Both the position numbers and the translations under genes were made by a program. Below are positions 48,726 to 62,110 of a stretch of DNA of 64,000 nt, piece after piece (position 1 is the stretch's first letter; every line of letters starts with the position of its first letter). Source of the DNA: Macrostomum lignano (lineage: Eukaryota); contig NIVC01001269.1 of NCBI GenBank assembly GCA_002269645.1, positions 62,001 to 126,000 of the forward strand, in the 5' to 3' direction. The notes under the pieces were generated by a model that saw only the letters and a list, made by a program, of their open reading frames with translations, was not told the DNA's origin and ran no database searches.

Positions 48726-51700
48726 TTATGGTTGCTGCCGTCCGTTTTTTTGCCGCGCGTAAAGCTGCTGCAGTGCTTTCATTTGTTCCACCAATGAGGC
48801 CAATTCTGATGGTGACTTCTGGGAATGGAAAATGTAATTGCTACTCATTTAGCGACTCATTTGACTACTCATTTATCTACTCATGAAGCTACTCATTTAT
48901 CTACTCCTTTAGCTACTGATTTAGCTACTGATTTAGCGACTCATTTGACTACTCATTTATCTACTCCTTTAGCTACTGATTTAGCTACTGATTTAGCGAC
49001 TCATTTGACTACTCATTTATCTACTCATTAAGCTACTCATTTATCTACTCCTTTAGCTACTCCTTTAGCTACTGATTTAGCGACTCATTTGACTACTCAT
49101 TTATCTACTCATTAAGCTACTCATTTATCTACTCATTTATCTACTCATTTATCTACTCCTTTAGCTACTGATTTAGCAACTCATTTGACTACTCATTTAT
49201 CTACTCATTTATCTACTCCTTTAGCTACTCATTTAGCGACTCATTTGACTACTCATTTATCTACTCATGAAGCTACTCATTTAGCGACTCATTTGACTAC
49301 TCATTTATCTACTCCTTTAGCTACTCAGTTATCTACTTATTTAGCTACTCTGTTATCTACATATTTAGCTACTCAGTTATCTACTCATAAAGCCACTCAG
49401 TTATCTACTCATATAGCTAGTCAGCTATCTACTTATTTAGCTACTCAGTTATCTACTTGTTTATCTACTCATTTATCTACTCATTTAGCTACTCATTTAG
49501 CTACTTATATATCTATTTAGTTATCTATTATCTACTCATTTATCTACTCATTTAGCTACTCATTTAGCAACTAACTAATAAAAGGAAGGGCTAAGCTTAC
49601 TGTATTCGCTTCAACAGACGCTTCAGTGAAAGCAGCTGATACTACTAACTCAGTAGAATAAGCAGGTGTTGCAGATGACTTCACTTGCTTAGGAAATTTT
49701 CGAGTGTCAGAAAGCAGGCCAACTCTAAATAGTAAATTGTCCAACAGCAATTCGTAACTCTGCAATGGGAAAATAGGGGAAACCGTGAGAGAGGGGATCA
49801 AAAGAAAACAGGGAAATGAAACAGAAGAAATGAGGATTAAGAAATTTCCATTTTACAACGGTCAAGGCCAAAGGCAGACAGGAAGGAAGGAGAGAGGCTG
49901 ACTGTGAAGCAAAAATGAGGCAATTATCTCCTACATCAAGTTGAGCATGCTAAATTTCCTCCCGTTGTGGGGAAATTACTAATTTTATCATAATCGATTA
50001 GATAGAAACTCGGTTGACCTTACTACCAGTAAGGGGAATTATTACTTTTACTAATATGACATATGAAGTCTTACATGCACTTAAGCCAAGTATCAAAGCA
50101 AATTAATAAATAGCGAGGAAATTTCGGGTTTAAAGAGCAATCTAGTTGCTAGGGTAGCTTCAATATGCCTAAAATAGAATTAGATCTCATATTTCTTTGC
50201 CCCGTGTAGCCATCAATAGAAACAACAGCTTTGGTAACACAGTAATGTGATCTGTCAAATTCTTTCCATTGTGCACAAAAAACAGCTATATGCCGATTTC
50301 CTAACATTGCGCGCTATTTAACAATAGTTTAAATGGGGACAGGGCAAGGACTAGCTGCCTCATGATGGTATATGAGGGGATTCTGTGTGAACGTCTGTAT
50401 GAGTGCGTGCGTGCCGATAGTATTGGCGCGCTTCTATGTGCTCAGGAGTCAGCGGAATGACCTACCGGAAAGATCTATGACCTACCGGAAAGATCTATGA
50501 CCTACCAGTACCAGAAGATCTATGACCTACCAGTACCAGATCTATGACCTACCAGTACCAGAAGATCTATGACCTACCAGTACCAGAAGATCTATGACCT
50601 ACCAGTACCAGAAGATCTATGACCTACCAGTACCAGAAGATCTATGACCTACCAGTACCAGAAGATCTATGACCTAACAGTACCAGAAGATCTATGACCT
50701 ACCAGTACCAGATCTATGACCTACCAGTACCAGAAGATCTATGACCTACCAGTACCAGAAGATCTATGACCTACCAGTACCAGAAGATCTATGACCTACC
50801 AGTACCAGAAGATCTATGACCTACCAGTACCAGAAGATCTATGACCTACCAGTACCAGAAGATCTATGACCTACCAGTACCAGAAGATCTATGACCTACC
50901 AGTACCAGAAGATCTATGACCTAACAGTACCAGAAGATCTATGACCTACCAGTACCAGAAGATCTATGACCTACCAGTACCAGAAGATCTATGACCTACC
51001 AGTACCAGAAGATCTATGACCTACCAGTACAAGAAGATCTATGAACTACTAGTACAAAAAGATCTATGACCTACCAGTACCAGAAGATCTATGAACTACC
51101 AGTACCAGAAGATCTATGTATGAAACGCCGGGAAGACATACGACCTATCAGAAAGGTTGGTCTATGACATATCAGACAAGTTTATGAACTACGAGAAGAA
51201 TCTATGACCTACAATAAAGATTTTTGACCTAACTGGATGAACTATATGAACTAACAGGAAGAATGGAAAATCTATGACCTACCTTAAGAAAGAAGGAAAA
51301 ATCTTTGCCCCTGACAAATTAACTCGAATAAGGTAATTTAATTTATAAAAACTGAAGAAAGAATGATTTTAAGAAAATACGTTTTCGTTTTCAACTTTTA
51401 ATTAAAGAATTCGCATAAATAATTTCTGTCCCTGGCTTATATTGGCTGCCCCGAACGGGGGGCACTGGATTGCTAGTCCATATACTATAAATGGTCTTAT
51501 CTAAAAATTGGAATTACTGACAAAAAACTACAATAAACAAACTCTAGGGGAAAGAAAACAGCAAGACACGTGCTTGAAGCGGACTTGACCTTTAACTGCA
51601 CTGCGAAGTTTTAACCGGATAGACAACAATTTTTTTAATACTAGAGCAAAATGTAAGGAAAATATTTGGTTGGACCAATTAATTTGGGCTGCAAACTTTA

Positions 51701-54209
51701 CTTCAAAATATTCGGAAACGACTACAAGTATTTATTCTACATGCACTCCTCGAAGTTTATTTATTATAAACAGTTCCTCTTAAGCTCAAGTCAGCCTAAA
51801 GAATTTTATGCAAAAAAACACAAAGTAAATTCCCTCGTTCTTGTAAGAGTACCCTGAGGAATTCTCCTCTGAGCTTTTTAATGTCAAAAAGATTAAAAAA
51901 TTTCCTTGAAATCCTAAATTCATAGGGGAGCTGCTGAGATGTCAAGGCTCACGGGAAGGGGGAATTGCTGAGATGTCAAGGCTCACGGGGGGGAATTGCT
52001 GAGATGTCAAGGCTCACGGGGAGGGGGAATTGCTGAGATGTCAAGGCTCACGGGAAGGGGGAATTGCTGAGATGTCAAGGCTCACGGGAAGGGGGAATTG
52101 CTGAGATGTCAAGGCTCACGGGAAGGGGGAATTGCTGAGATGTCAAGGCTCACGGGAAGGGGGAATTGCTGAGATGTCAAGGCTCACGGGGAGGGGGAAT
52201 TGCTGAGATGTCAAGGCTCACGGGGAGGGGGAATTGCTGAGATGTCAAGGCTCACGGGGGGGAATTGCTGAGATGTCAAGGCTCACGGGGAGGGGGAATT
52301 GCTGAGATGTCAAGGCTAACGAGGAGGGGGAATTGCTGAGATGTCAAGGCTAACGAGGAGGGGGAATTGCTGAGATGTCAAGGCTAACGAGGAGGGGGAA
52401 TTGCTGAGATGTCAAGGCTAACGAGGAGGGGGAATTGCTGAGATGTCAAGGCTCACGGGAAGGGGGAATTGCTGAGATGTCAAGGCTAACGAGGAGGGGA
52501 AATTGCTGAGATGTCAAGGCTAACGAGGAGAATTGCTGGGACGTCGAGGCTCATGTGGGTTTCTCACATGCCTTGAGCCACAGCTCATAGAGGATCTGCA
52601 TCTGATATCGTAGGCTAGATTGATTAGGCTTTTTTCTTCAAACATCACTTCCCTTGATAGATTAACACTAGCGAACGGACAAGGTCAAAGAAACCAACAT
52701 GTAGTTTATTAAACAAAATTTATTGCCTCCCCAACCCCAACAGCAGAGCCAAGAATGCTAGCTTAGTAACTAAATTTTTAGATACTCTCCTGAGAAGTTC
52801 CTCAACAACACTTACCGATGCATTCAGCAGTCCCCGATGCCTCATAGTGTACAGAGCATCCCAAACTGAACGCTGCCGCTCAGTCAGTGACGGATAAACC
52901 TGCATAGACTTCGAACCCGTCACGGACTGACATGCCAGCGGCGTCTCTAGCAACATTTTGTACTGACAGACTGGAGACTCGACCACTGAGGCCAGCCGAG
53001 TGGCCCTGGAGCAGGCCAATTCGACTACAGTTCGTCTCGAATCGCGTCCGTGGCCGCAGGGCACGCCGTTTGGCATTGCCATGGCAACTAGGCGGCTTTC
53101 GTTGGCGCCACTGTGATCCACAAGCCAGCCGTCCCACACTCTGGGTAATAAGATGGATTAGGGATTCTTGACAGATGCTTGAGATGGGGATCTGGGGAAT
53201 CAGGTGTCTGTGATTGGGACCTGGGGAATCAGATGTCTCAGATGGGGGATCTGCGTCTGGGGAATCAGGTGTCTTAAATAGGAATTTGAAGAATCAGATG
53301 CCTGAGATGGGGATGGGGGTAATCAGAGGCGTGACGTGTAGAGAATCAGAGGCCTGGTATCTAGGGAATCAGAGGCCTGACATCGAAGGAATCAGAGGCC
53401 TAAAATCTAGGGAATCAAAAGCCTGGCATCTAGCGAATCAGAGGCCTGACATCTAGGGAATCAGAGGCCTGACATCTAGGGAATCAGAGGCCTGACATCT
53501 AGGGAATCAGAGGCCTAAAATCTAGGGAATCAGAGGCCTGACATCTAGGGAATCAGAGGCCTGACATCTAGGGAATCAGAGGCCTGACATCTAGGGAATC
53601 AGAGGCCTGACATCTAGGGAATCAGAGGCCTGACATCTAGGGAATCAGAGGCCTAAAATCTAGGGAATCAAAAGCCTGACATCTAGGGAATCAGAGGCCT
53701 GACATCTAGGGAATCAGAGGCCTGACATCTAGGGAATCAGAGGCCTGACACCTAGGGAATCAGAAGCCTAAGAGAACACTGACACAAGAGAATCAGTAGC
53801 CAATAATCACTCACCCAATAACACCATGAAAGCCATCTAAAGCGCGATAGACCACATCGCGCTGAGTAGCATTGTCAAATGGGCACAGTGTATACTCATA
53901 CTGCGCCCCAACTTGAGTTGAATAGCATCGACCAAACAGACCAGAGATAAGTCTAGCTGGACCACTAGGAGGCTTAGCTGTTACAGGCTTCTTCGGCTGC
54001 TGTGGTTGTTGTGGCTGTTGTTGTTGTTGTTGAAAATAAGTGCGCGGCGAATCAAGAACTTTTATTGGTATTTGATGATTAGAAGCTGCCAGGTCATTGT
54101 GCAACTGCGAGCCCATGAGCATAGGCACCATTGCAAATGCAGAAATGTTAATACTATGAGGCATAAAGCTAACTAACAGAACAGTAGTGCACATCACAAA
54201 CTTTATCAT
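48726..54209 (-). CDS. GNPTG: GlcNAc-1-phosphotransferase gamma subunit (MRH/PRKCSH domain), about 323 aa
   Basis: Exons 54209-53815, 53140-52816, 49759-49601, 48818-48726 (972 nt, phases 2/0/0). Signal peptide; IKVLDSP; SGPARL..L.GRC..YEYTLCPFDNATQ; GVIGVWDGW; VELACSRATRLASVVESPVCQY..ETPLAC; VYPSL; SYELLLDNLLFRVGLL. Exons 3-4 are less certain. Confidence 0.88.
48838..49570. repeat. 12-bp minisatellite (GCTACTCATTTA) in GNPTG intron 3
   Basis: Directly visible. Confidence 0.93.
50457..51120. repeat. 25-bp minisatellite (TATGACCTACCAGTACCAGAAGATC) in GNPTG intron 2
   Basis: Directly visible. Confidence 0.95.
51935..52545. repeat. About 34-bp minisatellite (CTCACGGGAAGGGGGAATTGCTGAGATGTCAAGG) in GNPTG intron 2
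   Basis: Directly visible. Confidence 0.95.
53345..53770. repeat. 23-bp minisatellite (TCAGAGGCCTGACATCTAGGGAA) in GNPTG intron 1
   Basis: Directly visible. Confidence 0.95.
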
Positions 54210-56082
54210 AATGCAATTCTGGTTGTTCCTGTAATGTATTAAATAAATTTTCCAGTGGTTTTGTCTCTGTGTATCCAAATTTCAGTACAAGAAACTTTTA
54301 CAAAGTTGGAGACATAAGAGAATTATAACATAGTAAAATGAGCTGACTCATAGAAATTTTGCAGGGGCTAAGATAAATACTATTCACTAAGCCAATAACT
54401 AAGTCAATAAGCTAAGGTTAAAACTCTTCAACTAGTCTTTGGTATAAATTCTTTAACAATAAAGTTTAATATAGCAGACAATGTAATACATATAATGTCA
54501 TCCAATCTATTTTAAAGTATATCTCACTAGTAGCTCCATATATGCAGAACCTTTGAAATTAAACTGGCTATATAACTGACTAAAAACCTACCCAATCCCT
54601 AATGACTCTCTATAATAAGTGATATAAGTTGGTTTGCTAGTTTGCTTCTAATGAAATTTGGGTTGCTTTATATTCACTTTTTAAAATAATTTTTAAGTTA
54701 TTTATTATATTATCAGAATAATGAATATAATCAATAAATTGTAAGCATAGCTATACAACCATTCCAGAATCTTAGACCTTTAGTTTTGGCATCTAGGTTT
54801 TTGTGCCGAATTGGTGCCATGGTACCATTTTTAATTTTTTCTAGAAATTTCAATTTTTTTATCATTTAAAGAGTTGGCAAGTCTTGGCAAGACAAGTTAA
54901 AATAATGTCCACTATCTTATCTAATTGTCAATTTAACAATGTTATCTCATTTAATCAATATACATTATACCCCTTGCTAAACTCTAGAAAGTTACATATA
55001 TGCCAAAATTTTCTAGCATAGACTACCATTATAAACTTTGGATGTTTTGATATACCACTTTGAGTTCAAGAAATTTTTGGCATATAACTTTAAGCTTAAA
55101 ATTTTTGGCATAGAAACTGCAATAATTTGTTTTAAAAATATATGCATACATTTTAACAAGAAAAGTTTTTTTAAAAATATATAAAAGATTAGTAGTTTTC
55201 TAAATAAAAATTTATTTTTTATCTGTTTAAAATTTGTTGGTAATAACATTTTTGCTTTTTATAAGATTTTATTTGATTTCAATTGTTTCTTCATTGCCAA
55301 AACTACAAAAATATCCTTTATTGTCTCAAATGAAAAAAGTGACATACCATTAGTTTACTAAAATAAGATACATTTTTCAGCATATTATGCTCCACCATCT
55401 GAATATTAGACTCTGCTAAATTGAGCAATCTGTTCATCTATTTAATGATTTTATAATAAAGCCTATATATCTTCTAGAATGAATAAACATTTTTAGAAAG
55501 CATATTTAAAAAGCATTAAAAATTTAAAAAAACAAACTCAATTAACAAGGAAAAGCTAATATGCATTGACTTATACAATTATACTAAATGAATTAAGAAG
55601 TAAAGATTGTGCACAATTGTTTTTCCTTTATTGTTTAGGGATAATTATTCCCAATATATAGGATTGCCCAATTTTAGGTAAAGACTAGAAAAAATTAAAG
55701 GGAGAACCAAGCAAATTTTTACCAAAAATAGAGCCATCAATCTGCCTTCCTTTTTCTTAAATCTTTACTTTCTAGAATCTCTCCTTTCAAAAAAAATTGG
55801 TTGCATTACTGCATGGTTTGATAAGACAAAAGGAAGTTAATAATAAATAAATAAAGTTCCAAGAAAATTTAATTGAAGATTATTTTCCTGAATTAATTTA
55901 TTTTAGATGAAATAAAGTAGAAGAAAGCATATATTGGTATATACTACTAAGAAATAAAATGTTGGAAGGAAAAAAATATAAAGTAAGGCCTATGTCTCAA
56001 AACATAGGCCCTATATAAGAGCCATGGCCCTTTGATCTTGGAAATGCCTAGGACTATAAGGAAGATATATACAATATATATA

Positions 56083-57356
56083 CCGGGTGTTGCAAAAAAA
56101 CTTGACACTTCTAATTCCCTATATAAATAGGCCTATATAGCATCAATATCAGATATTTTATAGTCATTTCGAAGTGCTCTTTCTAAGCATTCATTTGCTC
56201 TTACAGCGAAGCCAATTGCATCTGCACAGTCTGAAATGGAAGCAAGAAGGCACAGAGTGTCGACCTTACTGGACGCGGGCATGCCTGTGGCGCAGATTGC
56301 CAAGAGCATTGGCATCAGCCGGCAGGCAGTCTATGACATCAAAAGGCGACTGGATGACGGCAAAGGGCTCGAAAGACAGCCAGGATCGGGCAGGCCTCCA
56401 AAACTCAACTTGGCCGAAGTCAGGCAAATTTTCATGGACAACCCAATGGCCAAAATGTCCGAGGTGGCCGAGGCGGCAGGTGTTAGCAAATCAACTGTCT
56501 CTAGAGCTGTCAAGAGTGCTGGAGGCACTTCCCTTCGCCAAGTTGAGCGGCCACTGCCGTCAGATCAGCAGCAGCAGATACGATTGGAGCGGTCCAAGAA
56601 GTTGCTTAACAACTTGAAAAGCTTTGGCAGTCGCATTCTGATTTTCTCGGATGAGAAGACATTCACCATTGATCCCGTGTTCAACCGGCAAAATGATCGA
56701 TTTGTCAGCTTCAGCGAGGAGGATTGAGCCCGCCGGTATGTTTCCACCACCAAGCATCCGGCCTCCGTGATGATGCTTGGCGTCGTAGCCTCCAGCGGTG
56801 ACGTCATGCCTCCTGTTTGGTTCTCGCAAGGGTATCGCCTAAATGCGGCCGACTACAAGGCAGTTCTACAGAAGAAAGTGCTCCCATGGATCACTCGAGT
56901 CACTAAGGGGAAGCCTTATGTGTTCTAGCAGGACGGAGCACCTGCACACACGGCTATCACCGTGCAGAGCTGGATGGCACAGAAGATGTCGTTTTGGGAC
57001 AAATCGTTTTGGCCATCCCAGTCACCAGACCTAAACCTGCTGGACTTCGCCATTTGGGCGCGTGTAGAGTCTGAGGCCTGCGCTATGCGACACCCAAGCG
57101 TTGAGGCGCTCAAAGCCAGTGTGTCTGAGAAATGGACGAACATGCCACCCGATTTCATAATCAGTGTGTGCTCCAGCTTCCGGTCACGCCTGGAGAGAGT
57201 TGTTTCGGCCAACGGCGGCTACATTGACTGAACATGTGCTACTTATGCCTATGTTTATATTTAATAGCTTTTTACTTGGTTTTAATCATGCTTCCCTTTC
57301 TAGGGGGCCTTTGTTTCTAGTAAACAGATTTGTCAAGTTTTTTTTGCAACACCCGG
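56083..57356 (+). mobile_element. Full-length Tc1/mariner element of maT (DD37D-like) type, 1274 bp
   Basis: About 25-bp TIR CCGGGTGTTGCAAAAAAACTTGACA and its complement; TA TSD (56081-82, 57357-58). Confidence 0.95.
56236..57231 (+). pseudogene. maT-like transposase with two in-frame stops
   Basis: HTH region with GSGRP, FSDEK, HPASVM.LG, QDGAPAH, WPSQSPDLNLLD; TGA 56725-27 and TAG 56926-28, no frameshift. Confidence 0.92.
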
Positions 57357-57784
57357 TACCAGTATGCCTAGTAATTAATATATAGCCAGATTTAAGAAGA
57401 TAGTAAGAATAGTAAGAATATCATTACTAATATAGAGTAAGAACACTACCAATATAAGGGATAACTAATACTTAAAATAAATAACTGAGATAAATAGACT
57501 TACTAGTTACTAAGAATAATTTTTGGATTAATACTCAGATATATAGACTAACATTCAGAATTTTAGATTAATTCTAAAAAAAGATTTGACTATAATTACA
57601 ACTTTGGTACTACCAATAAAATGATTATTCTAGAAGATAGACTAGCAATCTTTGCCCCCTGTTGGGGGACATCTGGATAGAATCTTTGCTCTCCACAGGT
57701 AACAAAAAGATAGCCAGATAAAGCCTTCTCAAAGACAACAGACAAACTGTTCAAATAAAGTGCAATGCAAAAAGAAATCATCCC

Positions 57785-58400
57785 AAGACAGCAAGCATCC
57801 CCTAGATAGCAAGCATCCCCCAGATTGCAAGCATCCCCCAGATAGCAAGCATCTCCCAAATAGCAAGCATCCCCCAGATAGCAAGCATCCCTCAGATAGC
57901 AAGCATCCCCCAAATAGCAAGCATCCCCCAGATAGCAAGCATCCCCCAAATAGCAAGCATCCCCCAGATAGCAAGCATCCCCCGTCCCAGATAGCAAACA
58001 TCCCCAAATAGTAAGCATCCACCAGACAATAAGTAGCTAGTGCAACAATTTCCTTAGCTCTATAGTGGCTCCTTTGAAATTGGCATGACGCTTACTTTTA
58101 CGTTTGAAATTGTGTATCTTGTTTGTTTGACATGGTGGCTCTTTTATGTTCGAATGGGGTGGCTTTTTATGCTTGACATGGTGGCTCTTTTATGTTTGAC
58201 ATGGTGGCTCTTTTATGCTTGGCATGGTGGCTCTTTTATGTTTGACATGGTGGCTCTTTAATGTTCGACATAGTGGCTCTTTAATATTCCCCCAGATAGA
58301 AAGCATTCCCCAGATAACAAGCATCCCCCAAACAGGAAGCATCCCCCCTCCTAGATAGCAAGCATCCCCCAGATAGCAAGCATCCCCAAATAGTAAGCAT
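57785..58400. repeat. 18-bp minisatellite (GATAGCAAGCATCCCCCA) in two blocks, part of a local about 385-bp duplication
   Basis: Blocks 57785-58020 and 58290-58400, each followed by the same unique about 125-bp segment. Confidence 0.85.
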
Positions 58401-59690
58401 CCACCAGACAATAAGTAGCTAGTGCAACAATTTCCTTAGCTCTATAGTGACTCCTTTAAAATTGGCATGACACTTACTTTTAAGTTTGAAATTGTGTATC
58501 TTTTATATTTGACATGGTGGCTCTTTAATGTTTGACATGGTGGCTTTTTAATGTTTGACATTGTGGCAAGCATTGAGCCACATTGATGACATGTGGCTCT
58601 TTTAGGTTTGAAATGGTGGCTCTTTAATGTTTGACATGGTGGCTTTTTAATGTTTGACATAGTGACTCTTTTATGTTCTATATGGTGGCTCTTTTATGTT
58701 CAACATGGTGGCTCTTTTAGGTTTGAAATGGTGGCTCTTTAATGTTTGACATGGTGGCCTTTTAAACATCTTTTATGTTCAACATGGTGGCTCTTCTATG
58801 GTTGACATGGTGGCTCTTTAATGTTTGACATGATGGCTCTTTTATGTTTGACATGGTGGCTCTTTAGTGTTTGATAAGGTGGCTTTTTTAGGTTTTAAAT
58901 GGTGGCTATTTAATGTTTGACATGGTGGCTCTTCTATGTTTGACATGGTGGCTCTTGTATGTTCAACATGGTGGCTCTTCTATGGTTGACATGGTGGCTC
59001 TTTAATGTTTGACATGGTGGCTTTTTAATGTTTGACATTGTGGCTCTTTTAGGTTTAAAATGGTGGCTCTTTAATGTTTGACATGGTGGCTTTTTAATGT
59101 TTGACATGGTGGCTCTTTAATGTTTGACATAGTGACTCTTTTATGTTCTATATGGTGGCTCTTTTATGTTCAACATGGTGGCTCTTTTAGGTTTGAAATG
59201 GTGGCTCTTTAATGTTTGACATGGTGGCCTTTTAAACATCTTTTATGTTCAACATGGTGGCTCTTGTATGTTCAACATGGTGGCTCTTCTATGGTTGACA
59301 TGGTGGCTTTTGAATGTTTGACATAGTGGCTCTTTAATATTCTGCATGGTGGCTCTTTAATGTTCGACATTGTGGCTCTTTAATGTTCCTCATGGTGGTT
59401 CTTTTGTTTTATATGGTGGCTTTTTTATGTTTGACATGGTGGCTCTTCTATGTTTGACATGATGGCTCTTTAATGCTTAACATGGTGACTCTTTTATGTT
59501 TTAAATGGTGGCTCTTTAATATTTGACAAGTTGGCTCTTTAATGTTGGACATGGTGGCTTTTTAATGTTCAACATAGTGGCTCTTTAATATTCTACATGG
59601 TGGCTTTTTAATGTTAGACATGATGGCTCTTTAATTTTTGACATGGAGTCACATATATGTTTGAAATGGTGGCTCTTTAATGTTTGACAT
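58120..59690. repeat. 23-bp degenerate minisatellite (TTGACATGGTGGCTCTTTAATGT)
   Basis: Directly visible; variants TTCGAC, TTTGAC, TTCAAC, CTTAAC and ATGGTG/ATAGTG. Confidence 0.92.
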
Positions 59691-59750
59691 TGTGCTTTTA
59701 TGTGTTTAGCATTTTGTGTTTTTAATGTGTTTTAATAAAAAAATCTTTTT

Positions 59751-59820
59751 GCACTACTAAGATTCGAACCCAGGTTGCTGCATTAGCAGTCCAGTCTGTT
59801 CGCATCTATGCTATCCCTTG
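59751..59820 (-). pseudogene. tRNA-derived relic (SINE head or tRNA pseudogene)
   Basis: Reverse complement has A-box-like TAGCATAGATG and B-box GGTTCGAATC; T-stem pairing broken by C>T-type changes; no intact cloverleaf or CCA. Confidence 0.45.
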
Positions 59821-60299
59821 TCAATTGGAAAACATGAATTGTGGCCCTTTTAATTAAATTCTTATAGCAAATCAGTTAGAGTAAAAAGTTATGACATAAT
59901 CAATTTCTCAGTCAGCTAGTATCAGTGTCAATTTAAGTTAGCAATATTGTTACGCAATTTCAATCAAGTTGTATGTGCGTTTCTTCGGCACTGTTTTCAA
60001 CTTGTTGTGATGCAATCTTTATCAGAATTGAAATTCAGTCAGTCAGGTTTTTATCTAGCATTCTTACAATGCATTTAAAGTCGAAAAAATTGCTTGACCT
60101 TTGCAAAAAAGCATGTTTTTCAAATGTTTAATCCCTTTAACATTGAGCAATTTCTTAGCCAAGATGCACGTACTGTCCTAGGAAAATTTCTGATTGAATG
60201 GTGCAAGTTTGAAGAAAATCAGTTGAGCTGTTTTTTCTGGAATCTATCTTATACATACAGACAACTCATTTTTAGTAGATAGGAAGGAAGGAAGGAAGC

Positions 60300-60576
60300 C
60301 ATACATGCGCAACTGCTGGCCAACCTGGCCGATCTGGCCACCGTAAATTGTGGTGGACCAGGGGTAAGTCGCAAAAATGCCCACCTCAAAAAATACAGAC
60401 GTAGTACTAATTAGATGACGAGGCATTTAGCCCTTATAGGACAGTCATAGTTACTCCTGCCGTTTACCCAAAATTACGTTAATGTTGCTCTAGGGTTTCT
60501 TCCACAGGTAAGTCGCATTTTTGGTCAAAAAGTAAGTCGCATGGCCAGTGTAAATCAGGGGGGTTGCGCATGTATG
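60300..60576. mobile_element. MITE, 277 bp (hAT- or P-like)
   Basis: 14-bp perfect TIR CATACATGCGCAAC/GTTGCGCATGTATG; 8-bp TSD AAGGAAGC (60292-99, 60577-84); three internal GTAAGTCGCA motifs. Confidence 0.8.
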
Positions 60577-60690
60577 AAGGAAGCCATAGTCCTACTACAA
60601 CTTTGGTGGCATTTTTATAGATGAAATTAAGGACAGAAGAAACCTCTGTGGTCTTATATGCTATATCAACTTTGGTAGCAACATCTAATA

Positions 60691-62032
60691 CGAAGGTTGT
60701 TTAGAAAGTTTATAGACAAACATGAACTATTGTTAAATAAGCAACAAAACTGAAAACCTTAGTCATTGACCTTTTTAATGTATGTGCCCTTGAGGCACAC
60801 ATACTTGTGCCAGTGCTCTGGTAGCTTTTTAATCCCTGTAGCAAATAATTCTTTGGGGGTACTTCTAACCCACTGGCTAATGGCAGAGGCTAAGGCTTGT
60901 ATGCTGCCATAATAGTAACCTCAGAGTGACTCCTTAATCCACCCAAATAGCCAGTAGTTGCTTGGTGCTAGGTCTGGCAAGTAGGGTAGGTGCAGCAATA
61001 GCTCGAAGCCCAGGCTGGAGATGGCAGCCATTGTTGCTTGGCTGGTATAGGGCCTAGCATTGTCCTGCTATAGCAGGATCCCCCTAGTCAAATTGCCTTG
61101 GCACTTAGTCTTGATGGCTTGGTGCAACTTTTTTAGCACTTGGATATAATAAGCATTAGTAATGGTAGTGCCACATGGAAGCCAGTTGATGAGCAGGATG
61201 CCCTCCTTGTCTTAGAAGATGGTGGCCATCTGCTTTCTAGCCAATAGTGCAGCTAGGGCCTTCACTAGGGTGGGCTCTCTAGCTGCTTTCCAGATACTAC
61301 TCTGTATCTTCAACTTTGGCTCACTATAATAGATCCACGACTTATCCCTAGTCACAATTCAATCCAAAAAGTTTGGGTCATTGTGGTAGGCCTGCAGGAG
61401 CTGCTGATATGCATGGACTTAGTCACACTGCTGATCATCTGTCAAAAGCTTTGGAACCTAACGAGCAAAAACTCGTGACATCCCAAGCTTGGCTGTAAGA
61501 ATTTCGTAAACTGCTATAGGTGATATATCCACAGTCTCTACCAGTTTAGGCACAGTGATCTGGCAGTTGACATCAAGTGCTTGACGCACACACTTGATGT
61601 TGAAAATGTTGACCATGGTGGCTAGCCTTCCATTGCATGGTAGATCTTTGATTGTCTCTCAGGCCCAGTCATCCTCAAACTACTGTACCTACCTACTTAT
61701 TAACAATTGACTTCGAAGGGGCATCTTTACTATATGCTATATGCAACTTGCAAACAATAATAGCCTAGATCACTTCCTTCTTTCCACAAGAACCAAATTA
61801 TGCTTTGCTTGGCTTCTTTGTCTTTTTCCATAGTGCAAAAACAATAGGTAACTTAAAATTACTATTGCAAAAAATAATATAACTAAGCATATTTAACTGC
61901 ACTAGGCCTACTATTAAAAGCTCTAGGACATAAGTTAGGTTCTGTCTATGGCCTAAAGTATGGTGACTTGTCTTAACTGCCTTTTGTTTAGAATAAAATA
62001 TGTTTGTCCACAAACTTTCTGAACAACCCTCA
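60691..62032 (-). mobile_element. Full-length DD34D mariner element (1342 bp), heavily mutated
   Basis: TIR CGAAGGTTGTTTAGAAAGTTT versus TGAGGGTTGTTCAGAAAGTTT (reverse complement of right end); TA TSD at 60689-90 and 62033-34. Confidence 0.9.
60759..61831 (-). pseudogene. Mariner transposase pseudogene with many stops
   Basis: MEKD...IIWFLWKEG, DAPSKS, AR*VPKLLTDDQ, IVTRDKSW (TGDESW), *QDNARPYT (DNARPH), HLPYLPDLAPSNY (HPPYSPDLAPSDY); 34 residues between the second and third acidic positions. Confidence 0.92.
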
Positions 62033-62110
62033 TATCAGGCCTAGACATAGTTAAAGAGAGAAAAAACAGAGAGCACTAGGCCTATTATAGCTATATTGGT
62101 GACATCCATG

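Noticed and set aside
47757-49520. Leu/Ser-rich and THL-repeat plus-strand ORFs
   Set aside because: Low-complexity CT tract and 12-bp repeat inside introns of minus-strand genes.
52565-52615. Alternative GNPTG exon (YQMQILYELWLKA)
   Set aside because: Best acceptor is out of phase; the exon at 49759 fits phase and homology better.
57596-58411. LGDACY / DSKHPP repeat ORFs
   Set aside because: 18-bp minisatellite translations.
59751-59820. Functional tRNA gene
   Set aside because: Stems do not pair and there is no acceptor stem or CCA; kept only as a relic.
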